From Octopus vulgaris (Eukaryota), in contig OX597819.1 of assembly GCA_951406725.2 (NCBI GenBank), forward strand, positions 111,662,001 through 111,726,000: a DNA stretch of 64,000 nucleotides, in the 5' to 3' direction. Position 1 is the first letter of the stretch; each line of letters begins with the position of its first letter. Position numbers and translations under genes: made by a program. This document shows positions 12,811-25,894 of this stretch, one piece after another. The notes under the pieces were generated by a model that ran no database searches, was not told the origin of the DNA, and saw only the letters and a program-made list of their open reading frames with translations.

Positions 12811-14929
12811 ATCTATATTTTTGAACAGATAAAAAAATCTTTATTTCATGGATTTTACTTTAATCTTCAGCAGTTGAGCAAATCTTTAGCAGAAATAAGA
12901 AAGTTTGAAATTACTATTGCCATATTTTCGATGTTTTACCTCAAAAGTAAATTTATATTGTAAGATTATGCATCAGGAAAGACAATATTACGCATCTTAT
13001 TTAATTATGCAACAGTGTTATTTATTAGTAAATTCGCGTGAAATTGTAGCATTTAAGCTTTGCACTTTCAGATTTTGTCTAGACTGAAATCAAGATCTAT
13101 AAAAAAAAGATTACGCTTGAAATCCATTGCATATTTTAAGTTGCCTCTGCCGTTGTCTTCCAGCATCAAAATTCCATTCGTTTCTAAATGTCTTAAATAC
13201 TTCAGTTAGCGGTTAAATTTCAAACTTCAGGTAAAATAATAAATAGAACCCTTGTATTAGTTTCGAATACGATCTCCCCTTCGGGCAAATTCCTCTATAT
13301 ATTAATTCGTGATGTGCAACAGAAGCTATATTAGATAACAATAGCAATCTGGGTATCATACATAACGCCAAATAATATGCAATGTTATCCCGGAAATAAT
13401 ACCCTGTCTTTACTGCAGGATAATTTTTGTCTGCTATTGTTATACTTTTGTGTTATTCAACACAATATGTCCACAAAAGATATTTTCTGCGAGTGAATAG
13501 CGCAGTTAGTTTGACTTCTTTTAATATATTTGCATTAAGTACGATACACAGATTACTGCTTTGAGCTGTATGTATTTGTCCTTCAAATAAATATTTGGAT
13601 TCATAGCAATAATTATAACTCCAGTTTCCGTGAAATTCTATCAGAAAACGGCTACCAATTTGCAAGTCTACAGCACCGCCAAATTGGTGGTTCTAAAACA
13701 ATTTGACCCGTCGAATATGCAAAAGGTTTCATAGAAATACTTAAAATTCGATGGAATATTAACATTAAATCTTAAGGGCACATTTCTAACAATCCAGCTT
13801 AATCCAGCTTTATGTATGAGTATGTATACGTTTGTATGTATATCTAGTGAGTGTATAAATGTTTTTACGCAACGATTAGATTATATATGAAAGTATGTGT
13901 GTACGTATGTACGAACGTGTGTGTTCGTATGTATTTATATATACTTATATACATATACGTGTCTGTATATATGTTAGTGTGCGTGAATGTATGTGTCTAT
14001 ATTTACATGCGAGAGAATTTATACATCGCTCAGTATATGGTCAAGTGCTTATATTTGTATGTGTGTGATTTTGTATGTACGTATGAATGCATATATATGT
14101 CTGTGTGTGTGCGGATGTGTGTGTGCATGTATATATTCATATATATATATATATATCAACAGAGAGAGAGGGGGTAGATAGATAGATAGATAGATACATA
14201 CATACATATATACATACATACATACATACATAGATACATAGATGCATAGATACCTATGCATACGTCCATACATATTTACAGATATGCATACATGCATAGC
14301 CACTAACATAAACGCACACATTCGTGCACATATGTATATATACACACACAAACCCACTCTCAAAGATATACATATATACACAATACACGTGCACACACAC
14401 ACCACATCCTTCCAGACAAACACTGACACACAAGCTTACGTACATTACATGCACACATATGCACATGCACAAACACAAACATATACATGGACACGCACAC
14501 ATATGCACATATATATATATATACATATACACACGCACACACAAACGCAGACATTTATATCATAATGCATTATGTACACATACACACACACACCCATACT
14601 GACATACATACATAAGAAGTTCCGTTCAAAGATGTTGCTGATGAAATGAGGAGAAATGGTGGTGTACATGAAACGTATGGTGGACCACATGGCGTAAACA
14701 AACGGGGAACACAATTGCAAAGAACGGCGAGTTGTATAAACACATATGGGACGTATGGAAAACCGGAGATACGTCAGTATACACACATATACACAAGCAT
14801 ACACAGACATTCACACACACACACGCATACACTCACGCACATATACACTCACAGACACATATACCTATATGTGTATGAATGTCTATTTATATGTAGATGT
14901 ATGCAAGATTCTGAATGTAGGAATATATG

Positions 14930-14960
<31 letters not shown>

Positions 14961-14993
14961 ATGTGTGTGTATGTGTATGCATATATATGTGTG

Positions 14994-15045
<52 letters not shown>

Positions 15046-15141
15046 ATTCATACGTATATTATATATATATATAATATATATACATATATATATATAATAT
15101 ACGCATATACATACATATATGTACATACCTACATATATATG

Positions 15142-15223
<82 letters not shown>

Positions 15224-15556
15224 TTAAATATATATATATCAGTAGTCATGAAAATAAGAGAAAAATAATATATTCAATATATATGCATATATACCAACAC
15301 GCTAAGAGGGACCAATGCGGTCAAAACTACTTAAAATAAACAAAATTTTATGCAAAATCAAAACACATCATTTTATTCAGTTATATATGTGATTTCGCAT
15401 TTATGCAGAATAATATGTTATGCAACAAACTCAAGAAATATAAGAGAAAACATAACATTACAAGCTCGATAGCCAACCGTAGAATAGCATGTACGAATGT
15501 TTATCTTTACATATCTATGAAAATGGCGGGCTTATTCGCAATATATAGTCGGAATA

Positions 15557-15608
<52 letters not shown>

Positions 15609-15609
15609 T

Positions 15610-16415
15610 TTATAACATGCGTATATGGGTACAGGACATCAAAAAAAATGTTGAACACAATGAGAAACGAAAACGTAAAAACAAAAACATAGAAACGAAT
15701 TTTCGGACAACGAAAAAAAAAACAATCAGAGAAACGAGACATACAACATAAAGAATATTCTCCTTCTTCTGTTGTCCCTGTTTCAACGACTCCACGTTCG
15801 AAGGCAAGGACAAGACGCGACTTCATTGAAATAGTCCTTCCCGCAAAACAAATTAAATAAAATGTGGGATTTTTTGCGGAGGGTGAAAGTGGTAAGAAGA
15901 ACAGGACAGTGAGAACAAAACAAGACAGAACAATGAGAACAAAACAGAAAAAGCAAACGATTAGGGTTGTTAAGTCAAGACGATGGAAAAATTATTCTCA
16001 ACGCTTAGGGAGACGAGCTTATGAAGAGACAGAATAACCACGTTTAGTCTTTGCGAAGGTAGTCGTCAGAAAGATAGATTCCCTCTCGCCACGTGTCAGC
16101 GACGAGAGAGTCGAGGAGGATGAGGAGTGACAGAGAGGGAACGGTGAAGGGGAGAGGAGAAGAATAGGGAAGAGTGGGGAAGAAAAACAGAAAGGATGAA
16201 GAACAAGAGTGGGAGAGAGATAGACAGAGAAGAGATAGTTAAGCTAGAAGAGTGCGCATCGTAATTATTAAGATAAAACTTACTTGGAAAAGGATGCGTG
16301 GCGTTCGATCATATAGTAATATAAATAATGTATAAATTATATACATACATATATGTGCATACCTACATATATATGATTATATACATGCATATATGGGTAC
16401 AGGACATTAAAAAAA
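15610..16415. mobile_element. Penelope-like non-autonomous element with direct terminal repeat
   Basis: atatgggtacaggacat occurs at about 15623 and 16391; ggatgcgtggcgttcgatca at about 16292 matches 1583. Confidence 0.55.
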
Positions 16416-16431
16416 CCTTCATATATACATA

Positions 16432-17486
16432 CAGGGTGCGGTGAATAAATTGTCGTCTAAATTACGCGAAAATGAAAATAACATTGGTATCTCATTTTAG
16501 CAGATATATTTACTAAATTTACATAAGAATTTCTTGAAATACTAAAGAGCAAATTTATTCAATAAAATCGCCATTGGCTTCAAGCGCGGCCTCTAGACAT
16601 CTTCGGAATCTCCTGCAACTCTTCTGCATGGTCTACTTGTCTAAGTTGGTGAAGGCTGCCATAATCCTTGTCTTCTGTTAATCTTTGATGTTACAAGGAG
16701 TTTTGTTGGTCTCTCATTCAACTTCACTTTACACATAATAATCAACCGGGTTGCAGTCTGAGGAGTTAGATAGCTTGACGTTAGCGGTGATGTGATCGCA
16801 GAAATTGTCTGACAGCCATGACTGGGTTCTCCTGCATGTGTGGCATGGTGCAGAGTCCTGTTGCCAGACATAGGGTCTTCCAGCAGCCACTCTTTTCACC
16901 CAGGACAGCACTACCTCCTCCAGGCACTTGATGTAGGCCTCCGTGTTGAGCCTCAGGCCATGTGGGAAGATGAATGGAGGCATAACGTCGCCATCACTAG
17001 TGATCACTCCAAGCACCATGGGTGTTTGATTTTTATCACTCTCGATACATGTTTTAGGCAGACGGCAAGCCAACGGTTGTTCTGTGTGTTCACCATTTGA
17101 TCCTGGCAGAATTTTTTCCTCGTCTGACATAAACCAAAGCCTGTTCGGTTGGAGGGGGTGCTTAACTTCGTTTGAAAGCTTCGTGGCGCGGTCTTTCCTC
17201 TTGTCTTTGATGGGTTGGGGTAAAAATTGGCCCTTTCTCACCTTGTATGAGGAATACCGAATATCTTCATGCAAAACCTGCGTGATAAAAACACAACTAC
17301 GACACTTTCATGTCCCTGCTGATGGCACTAACTGACTTGGAGGGATCATTGTCAATCATGGTCAGGAAATCACCAACGAATTCAGGAGTACTTTTCTTAT
17401 CAGAACGATCAGAGTGAGTTTTCCGAGCTGCCGTACCTTCGTAATTATCATTAGAATCATCCAGCTCTTTCCGAATCCTCTACACT

Positions 17487-17487
<1 letters not shown>
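16432..17487 (-). mobile_element. maT/DD37D (Bmmar1-like) Tc1/mariner transposon, 5'-truncated, degenerate transposase
   Basis: ORF 16729-17274 contains WFMSDEEK, MVLGVITSDGDVMPPFIF, YVWQQDSAPCH and SSDCNPVDYYV; TIR starts TA|cagggtgcgg at 16432. Confidence 0.92.
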
Positions 17488-17548
<61 letters not shown>

Positions 17549-17569
17549 AACATATCTATGAATATGTAT

Positions 17570-17760
17570 TTAAGAGATGAAACTACAGGGAAAAACAATT
17601 TGCGCCTCGACAGAATGAATCCTTAGGTTTCAAATATAAAGATCCTCACCCCTCCTCGTCAGAGGTTTAGCATGGTTAATAAAAACCACAAAGGTAAAAA
17701 TTAAAAATTGATAATTATTATAAACAATATCCTCATATATATTTATATAATTTTTATTCA
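17570..17760 (-). mobile_element. Penelope-like end fragment with degenerate hammerhead core
   Basis: Minus strand cctCTGACGAggagg...tattTGAAACCTAagg (17618-17668). Confidence 0.45.
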
Positions 17761-17942
17761 CTTCAATCACCTCTTTAAATTTGGTGTGGCATTAGAAACG
17801 GTCATGGCACACAAGATGCGTAGGCCATAGCTAGAACGGATTGGCTATGACATGAAGTCGTACCGGCAGATCTGAAATGTATAGAAACAGTGAATAGACA
17901 CTTCAGTGGCTTGCTAAATATGCTACTTCCTCCTCGCTTTTT

Positions 17943-18090
17943 TTCAAACCTAGCCAGGCTCATGGGCCCGGTTTCCCGGTTTCTATGGCGTATGTGTTCC
18001 CCACCCCCATCTGGACGGAACGCCAGTCCATTGCAGCGTTACTCAAGAAACAGGAAGAAAGAGTGAGAGAAGTTGGAGCGAAGAGTACCG
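17943..18090 (-). mobile_element. SINE-B tail B2 fragment
   Basis: Reverse complement matches about 34300-34440. Confidence 0.8.
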
Positions 18091-19543
18091 AATGCTACAG
18101 GCACCCGAAGAATCTCAGAGGTTATAAGATGAGGACACTAGCCCGAATATATCAATTAAAGCGAAGGAAATTTGGCTGCTATTTCTAACAGGTGGACGGA
18201 CCATTTCGTTAATAGGATCTTTCTCCCACTCTCTCTCTGTCTTTACTTCTCTCCCCCTCTCTCTTTCCTTCTTCTCCTCTCTCTCTCCCATTCTCTCTCC
18301 TTCTCTCTGATTGTTATTGATCGAACTGAATTAGTTACATATCATAAGGTAATATCTGATATAATTAGTTCTCTACAAGGAAATGTATTCAGTTTAGAAT
18401 TAAATGTCTTATGCATGTTAGACTTATTTATGTTGCCCCTAGGGTTTGCCGTTATTTCTTTGCCTACGAAATCAGCAAAGTTCCAGGTAGCTTGTAGAGT
18501 TCAGCAACAGCAAAATCCGTGAGTATGGAGATAGCGGTGGTGATATGATGGTGGTGGATGCAGTGAGTGATGGTTAGGTTATGATGGCGGTGGTGGTAAT
18601 TGTGGTAGTAATGGTGTTGGTGGTGATAGTGCTGGTCCGATTGATGTTGGCGAAAGTTGAGGTAGTGATGATGATGGTGGTGGTGGTGGTGGTGGTGGTG
18701 GCGGCGGCGGCGGCGGCGGCAGTGGTAGTGCTGCTGGTGGGATAAGGTGTATGGGATAACGCTTCTATTAGTTACTGATAGATGATATTACAAAGAAGAG
18801 GAAAGAGAGAGAATGAGAGAGAAAGAGTGAGAGGGAGAGAGAGACTGGTGATAGCGTTGTTTGTTGGTTGTGATGATTGCGGTGGCGGTGGCGGTCGAGA
18901 TGCGGGTGGGGGCGGCAGCTGTGATGGGGGAATCTTGGTTGCGACTCTGGCAATGATGGCGACGGTGGCAGTGGTGGCGGTTGTGGTCGTCGTCATCGTC
19001 ATCGTCATTGTCGTCATGGTCGTGGTGGGGATGATGAGAACGGCAGCCATGATGGTGATGACTGTTTCGGTTGCAGTCATGGTGATGCTGGTGCTTCTGA
19101 TAGTGCGGCTGTGGGTGTGGAGGTGAATATAGTTGTGGTCTTGATGGTGGTGGTGGTGGTGGTGGTGGTAGTAGTTGTGGTGCTTACAATGGTTGTGGTC
19201 ATAGTGGTGGTGGTAATGGTGGGAGTAATTGAAGTGGTGAAGATTTTATTTGTAGTGATTATGCTGATGCTAGTGTTAGTGAGGGTTTTGATGCTGTTGT
19301 TGTTGTTGGGGAGGGTGTTGGAAGAGAAATATCACCAGCCTGTTGACATTATGGAAACTGGCCTCTGTTGGTCTCTAAATGACATCTTTACATATTGGTC
19401 AAGTTGGATATGGGAAACTGGAGTGACCTTTACTTGGAGGTTTCTGCGGGCGCTCTCCGAGAAACTACACTTCCAATTTGGAGCAAGCCAATACAAACAT
19501 ACACCAACAATAACGAGCGCATGCACGCGCACACACACACTTG

Positions 19544-19592
<49 letters not shown>

Positions 19593-19790
19593 TCGCACTC
19601 ACACATATACACACACATGCACACGCATGCATACATGCATACGTACATACATACATATATACATACATACATACATACATGCATACATGCATACATGCAT
19701 ACATGCATACATACATACATACATACATACATACATACATACATACATACATACATACATACATACATACATACATACATACATACATAC

Positions 19791-19975
19791 TTCTCAAAAC
19801 CAGAAAGCAGAAAGCTGGCTCGAAGACTGTAGATCCAAGTCATCAATGGAACTGTAAAAATGTGTAAAACTTCCCAGAAGTTAATCATTTAAGTATAAAT
19901 GTGCGTTTAAAGACATGCAATTATATGCATGAGAATACATGCATGAAACAAAGCATACAAATCTGCACATCTACA
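19791..19975 (+). mobile_element. R4/Dong-like LINE 3' end (copy 1)
   Basis: Reads [30 protein letters not shown], homologous to the C-terminus at 26491-26560. Confidence 0.65.
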
Positions 19976-20099
19976 TCCATCCATCCATCCATCCATACAT
20001 ACATACATACATACATACATACATACATACATACATACATACATACATACATACATACATACATACATACATACATACATAGATGCATACATACATACT

Positions 20100-20800
20100 G
20101 ACAAATCTACGCAACAACAAAAATTAGAAATACTCGGTTTTCCGAAGAAAGAGCAAAAGTAATTGACGGGGATCCTCTAAATCAATCTGTTGGTGGCACA
20201 GTGAAGATTTATAAGACATTCCAAAGATTTTCCATCTAAGATTCTTTTGGTAAATAGACGCACACACTTTGGTGTGTGCTTTAACAGTTCAACCAATACA
20301 CCAACTCAACTACATTTTTACAAACACCGAGAATAGTCTTGTTGCTTTGTTAGTGACTGGCTAGAACTTTCTTACGTAAAAGATTTTTATGGTGCCAAGG
20401 ATTTCAACATCACCATCAAAATACCCGACCAGATACTGCAACAACTTGAGTTTCAGGGGACCACAGATCTTCAATATCCTTCCTAAATGCCTGAGAGACC
20501 TGCATGGTGTGGTTGTGGGTTTCTTTAAAACTAAACTCGATCTCTTCTTGTCCGGGATGCCAGATGAACCTACCTCTCGGCAAGAAACACAGATGCAGGC
20601 AGCGGCGTCGAACTCCTTTGTTGACCAAGTGCCACATATCAGAGGTGTTTTCACATACTAGTGTAGCTCATTTCAACGGTGGTGCCCCAGCATGGCCGCA
20701 GCTTTCGGGATGAAACATTTTAAAGGAGTTAAGGATTTATAAAAACTCAAAGAAAAGTCATACATTCATACAACCACACAGATACACAAATATATTTACA
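20100..20800 (+). mobile_element. R4/Dong-like LINE 3' end (copy 2), interrupted by a CR1/L2-group insert
   Basis: About 20150-20375 aligns with 26480-26720; the sequence resumes at about 20741 (aactcaaagaaaa, cf. 26730). Confidence 0.75.
20385..20740 (+). mobile_element. CR1/L2-group LINE 3' end
   Basis: ORF 20389-20661 SFRGPQIFNILPKCLRDL...FKTKLDLFLSGMPDEP...AAASNSFVDQ is a typical CR1-group ORF2 C-terminus; 3' UTR ggtggtgccccagcatggccgcagc...tgaaac. Confidence 0.85.
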
Positions 20801-21014
20801 TGCATACAGACGTACATACTAAAGATTAATTTGGGATGTACCGAAATATTTTAGTTCGTAAAAGTAATGAGATTTATTAATTGAATATAATTAGATATAT
20901 TAGACAGTCGCAAAGTTCTGTTTTCGTGATTATACAATTTCGTGAAGAACAATAAAAAAGAGACTGACCGGAAGATGTTGTTTCTACTTTAGTAACTGTC
21001 ATCAGCAATATACG

Positions 21015-21066
<52 letters not shown>

Positions 21067-21159
21067 CAGGTATACGTATTAAATGTTACATATAAAAATA
21101 CGCACGCATGCGCATGTGAACATGCGGTATAGCCACAAAGATATATATGCTCATGCGGA

Positions 21160-21400
21160 TGGCCGAGTGGTTAGCGTGCTGCTCCCACGATCGCAAGGTC
21201 GTGCATTCGATTCTCAGACCGGGCGATGCGTTAGGTTCTTGGGCAAAATGCATCGTTTCGTGCTGCTCTGCAACCGGCTTGACGTCTGACTTGTGCAGGC
21301 AATATCGATTTGATGGAGGGAGTGAGCTAATGCATATCACAAACGTTTCATCACTCTAAAAAATCGTCTTTACAGGTTGTTCAGTAAAAAATGTTTTTTC
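21160..21400 (+). mobile_element. Degenerate tRNA-derived SINE
   Basis: A-box tggccgagtggttag and B-box-like gcattcgattctc. Confidence 0.6.
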
Positions 21401-21451
21401 TTTGTTTGCCACTTAGAGCCCGACATAGAGGGATGATACAAGACAAACGGA

Positions 21452-21758
21452 TGGGGGGAGGTAACCCAGTGGTTAGGGCAGCGGACTCGCGGTCGGAGGA
21501 TCGCGGTTTCGATTCTCAGACCGGGTGTTGTGTGTTTACTGAGCGAAAACACCTAAAACTCCATGAGGCTCCGGCAAGGGCTGGTGGCGACCCCTGTTGT
21601 ACTCTTTCACCACAATTTTCTCTCACTCTGTCTTTCTGTTTCTTGAGTGACGCTGCGATGGACTGGCGTCCCGTCCAGCTGAGGGGGGGAACACATACAC
21701 CACAGAAACCGGGAAACTGGGCTCATGAGCCTGGCTAAGCTTGAAAAGGGCGCATAAA
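21452..21758 (+). mobile_element. SINE-B with tail B2
   Basis: Matches 34141-34450. Confidence 0.9.
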
Positions 21759-22008
21759 TAAAACAAAAGCAGGTTTTAACAAAAGGCTAAAAATTACACA
21801 TGTAAACATAAAAAAAAACGTGGTTTCCAAAAGGGACGTTAGACAGACGGACCGGTTCTTCAGTAAGAAATTGTGAAACCCTTATCTGCCGTTTACGACA
21901 CGAGAGATCATCATATAATTACATACAGAAGAGGTACAAATGCGGTATGTTAAAAACAAATGTATGGTGAAACTGACCATGTTACCGACAACATCACTCG
22001 AATATGTA

Positions 22009-22094
<86 letters not shown>

Positions 22095-22251
22095 TGTGTG
22101 TGCGTGTGTGTGTGTGCGTGTGTGTAATGCATGTATGCAAGTATACAAATTCACATTAGATTAAGCATGATCAAAAGGTTCAGAGTTTCGCTTCGCTATC
22201 ACAAGTTTCTAGGTTCCGGATTCAATACAGTTAGGTGGTATCGTAGATAGA

Positions 22252-22627
22252 TTTCTTTATTGGCCACGCCGGGCTGAACACAGACGGAACAAAATACAAA
22301 GTAGAGCTTTTCTTTCTGGGAAGAAGGAAAAAAAGGAGGTGGCGAATTCCGATCAAAAGGATCGTGAAAAAAAAAGTGGGGCCGATCAATAGGGATCGTG
22401 TATCACAGAAATGTCAATGTAAAAAGGGAAAACAGATTAGGTTTGTCCGTGGATAGAAAAGCCTATGGAAAAGACCAAGGGGACCGGGCAATAGTGTTAT
22501 GCAAAAAGAAAATACATGACAGTAAGTAGCTCTTTTTTTCCTTCGTTTTTTTCCCCCCTTTTGGTTCATAGGATTATGCTCAAGCGGGCTCCGTCATTCA
22601 CACGTACAGTCCTTACTAAATTCACCC
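22252..22627 (-). mobile_element. Tx1/L1-like LINE 3' end
   Basis: Minus strand ORF end WVNLVRTVRVNDGARLSIIL*, then a T-rich 3' UTR ending ...gtggccaataaagaaa. Flanked by agatagat on both sides (22245-22252, 22628-22635). The clade is an inference. Confidence 0.55.
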
Positions 22628-22933
22628 AGATAGATACTTTTTGTCATAGCGTTGGGTCCAAGTAAAACCTGTAAATGAAACTGGTGGGATGGACACAGTT
22701 CAGAAGCTCATCAGATAGATAATATCTCTTTTATTTTAAAATTCCGGCCGCCAAACACTGTGTACTGATTCCGCTTTCAGTATTAAGTTAAGGCCACATA
22801 TATCTATGGAATACTCAGCCACTTGCACGCTAATTCAGTGATGAGGTGTTTCAGCTGATTGGCCAACTAAATAGTGATCACCTAAACAAACAAAAATACA
22901 TTAACTAATTTACTGTGTCTGTGTATGTGCATA

Positions 22934-23001
<68 letters not shown>

Positions 23002-23216
23002 GTGAAGGCGCAAGGTCTTGCGTCATCAGCATCATCGTCGTCATCGTCATCATCGTCGTAATCGTCATCATCGTCGTCATCCTCATCGTCGTCGTAATAC
23101 TTGTCGTTGACATCAACATCAAGGCCATCTCCACTCTTACTATTACCCATTAACAAACAGCAAACACCAATAACAACACCATTATTAACACGATTGTCGC
23201 CACCGCCATTATTACT

Positions 23217-23247
<31 letters not shown>

Positions 23248-23834
23248 ACATCACTATCACCCACTTCATCAACCACAACTTCAACAACAACAGCAACAAC
23301 TGAAACAACATGAAACAATTAAAACAGCAACAATATTAAAAATTCCATCAACAGTTATCGATTCCGCCGGGATTGAACCAAAGACGCCACCGCTTACACC
23401 CACACAAATCTTCGCCTACACTCTTCTCTCTCCCACTCTCCTTCTCCCTCTTTCATTCTTTATGTCTCATTTCCCCTTTCTCTGATTCTATCTATCTATC
23501 AGTCTCTCTCTCTATCTATCTACTAATCTATCTATCTCCCTATCATTCCATATACCTCACTCCCTATCTCTCTCTATGTATCCCTCTATCTCTGTCCCCC
23601 ACCCCGGTTGATTGAATCAATGATTGTAAAGGAAATAATCGCAATTAACTCAACTCTGAGACAACGGAACTGGGTTCTAGTATCGTCGATAACTTTACGA
23701 ACTCTACCATCGACCGTATTCCTAAGGGTCTCGTCTTACGAACCAACACCTGGCTACCCCTATCACCTCAATCACCCAATCAAACCTTCTCAGATCCAAC
23801 CAAACAACTACCTTACCAACACCCATTTATTCTG

Positions 23835-24050
23835 ATTTCAAATTTTGGCACAAGGCCAGCAATTTTGGGGTAGGGTATAAGTCGATTACACCGACCCCAG
23901 TACTCAACTGATATTTATTTTATTGATCTCGAAAGGATGAAAGGCAAAGTCGACCTCGGTGGAATTTGAACTCAAAATGTTAAGTCGGAAGAAATACCAT
24001 TAAGCATTTTGTCCGACATGCTAACGACTCTGCCAACTCACCGCCTTTCA
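23835..24050 (-). mobile_element. SINE-C variant
   Basis: Meta-like core gaaaggatgaaaggcaaagtcgacctcgg on the plus strand. Confidence 0.85.
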
Positions 24051-24189
24051 CTACACTCATTAATGTTAGTTATTAACATTGACACAGGGACATGCATATT
24101 TATATTATAGTCGAAAACCGACCCCAGTATGTGCCTGGTACTGATTTTTGATAGACTTTTTTATATGCCCTGATATTACTAATACTTCA

Positions 24190-24410
24190 GTGACTATCTC
24201 CTGACACCACAGAAATGTGAGAGATAGCTGAATGTAGCAGCCAAATCTCCCTCAAATCATATCCAACAGACTTAGAAAAATATATCATTATAAAATGTGG
24301 TTCTGCTTTTCTTACACTTATAGTAAAGAGGCAGGATGGTCACGACTGGAACATCACGTTTAATCATTGATCAGCTGCTAGATCAGAGCTAAGCAACAGC
24401 TAAACAAGAT
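24190..24410 (+). repeat. Old dispersed repeat (tagcagccaaatctccctcaaatc...ggatggtcacgactgga); related copies at about 32895-33110, 40385-40555, 51410-51815 and 57030-57180(-)
   Basis: The same diverged motif recurs at several loci. Confidence 0.65.
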
Positions 24411-24419
24411 TCGCAACGA

Positions 24420-24650
24420 CAGCCAAGCTGGCAGAAACGTTAGAAGGCCGGGCGAAATGCTTAGCAGTATTTCACCTGCCATTACGTTCTGAGTTCAAAT
24501 CCCGCTAAGGTCGACTTTGCCTTTCATCCTTTCGGAGTCGATAAATTAAGTACCAGTTGCGTACTGGAGTCGATGTAATCGACTTAATCATTTTGTCTGT
24601 CCTTGTTTGTCCCCTCTATGTTTAGCTCCCTGAGGCCAATAAAGAAATAA
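24420..24650 (+). mobile_element. SINE-C
   Basis: Head, core and tail matching the reverse complement of 9541-9760. Confidence 0.9.
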
Positions 24651-24684
24651 GTACTGTCATGAATGGATTAACAATATAAGCAGC

Positions 24685-24717
<33 letters not shown>

Positions 24718-24910
24718 CTGATGTGTAACGGTAACGAAACGCTTAACATGGCTTTTGCTTCGTTCCTTCTATGTCAGGTGTTCAAATTCCGCCACACATT
24801 TGCATCGCCCCAGTCGAAGAAATCCGAAACAACCAAGTACTTTATGTTTCATTACAAACACTGTCGACCGTTCGCCTCCCTGAGAAATCTTACCATCTGT
24901 TTATTCAAGG

Positions 24911-25060
24911 CAGACATGGGCAACCTTTTTCAAGAAGCGGGCCGCATGAGATATAGCTCATCATCAAACGGGTCACAGAACTAAAAAAAAAAAAATATTC
25001 AAAGTAATTTTTCGTTGACATGCAATTCTGAAAGTCCCGCGAGCCGCAGTTTGCTTGCGA
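24911..25060. mobile_element. hAT-like element end fragment
   Basis: cagacatgggcaacc...gcgggccgcatg resembles hAT termini; the partner end was not found. Confidence 0.4.
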
Positions 25061-25894
25061 CTGATTTAAGGACTGTTTATACAGAAACACATCTAAGAAA
25101 GATTGAGTCCTCTATGACGGGGAGCAGAATCGATTAATTTTGTCAAAAATCCTCGAGCTTTAGGTTTTTGTGTTTTTTTCTGTTTGTTTTGTTTTTTTTT
25201 TGTACAGCTTTCCCGCTTTGTTGCTAACATTCAACGTCAATTATATTGATTTAGTTTTTGCATAATTCAACGTTGCCTTTACCTTTTTACATAGTCTGTA
25301 CCTACCTTTAAAATTGATTCCATAATCAATAATATTTTTCCAGATAATCAATAATGCGTTCATAGTTATAAATTTTTCGAAAAAATCAAAGCTAATCCAA
25401 ATTGTCCCTCATGTTCTACAATATATTTTCTTATAAAGAAACGTATTAATATTAAGCTTTATAGCGTGTTACGTAATCGTTCTATTCTTCTCGATGACTA
25501 GTTTTGAAATCTACACTAGTCTAAACAATGTCAGATATGTAAGTAGCATGAATGGTGGATAAGACGTGACAAGGTTGAAATCCCAATCCATTCGTCTGAC
25601 TGTCATATTTATGCGTGTGTGTGTGTGTGTATGTGTGTGCGCGTGTAGATAGATAGACAGACAGATTGACAGAGAGATACATACATGCATACACTCACAC
25701 ACACATACACACATACACACATACACACTCACACATACATACACACATACATGCATACATAAATGCATCCATCCATCCATCCATCCATCCATCCATACAT
25801 ACATACATACATACATACATACATACATACATACATACATACATACATACACATACATACATACATACATACATACATACATACATGGATATAC

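Noticed and set aside
14600-14780. Short complex segment between CA repeats as a possible exon
   Set aside because: No recognisable peptide or paired splice signals; cannot be supported.
19822-19845. Resemblance to miR-10 (ctgtagatcc)
   Set aside because: Only about 10 nt match, no hairpin, and it lies within the R4-like coding remnant.
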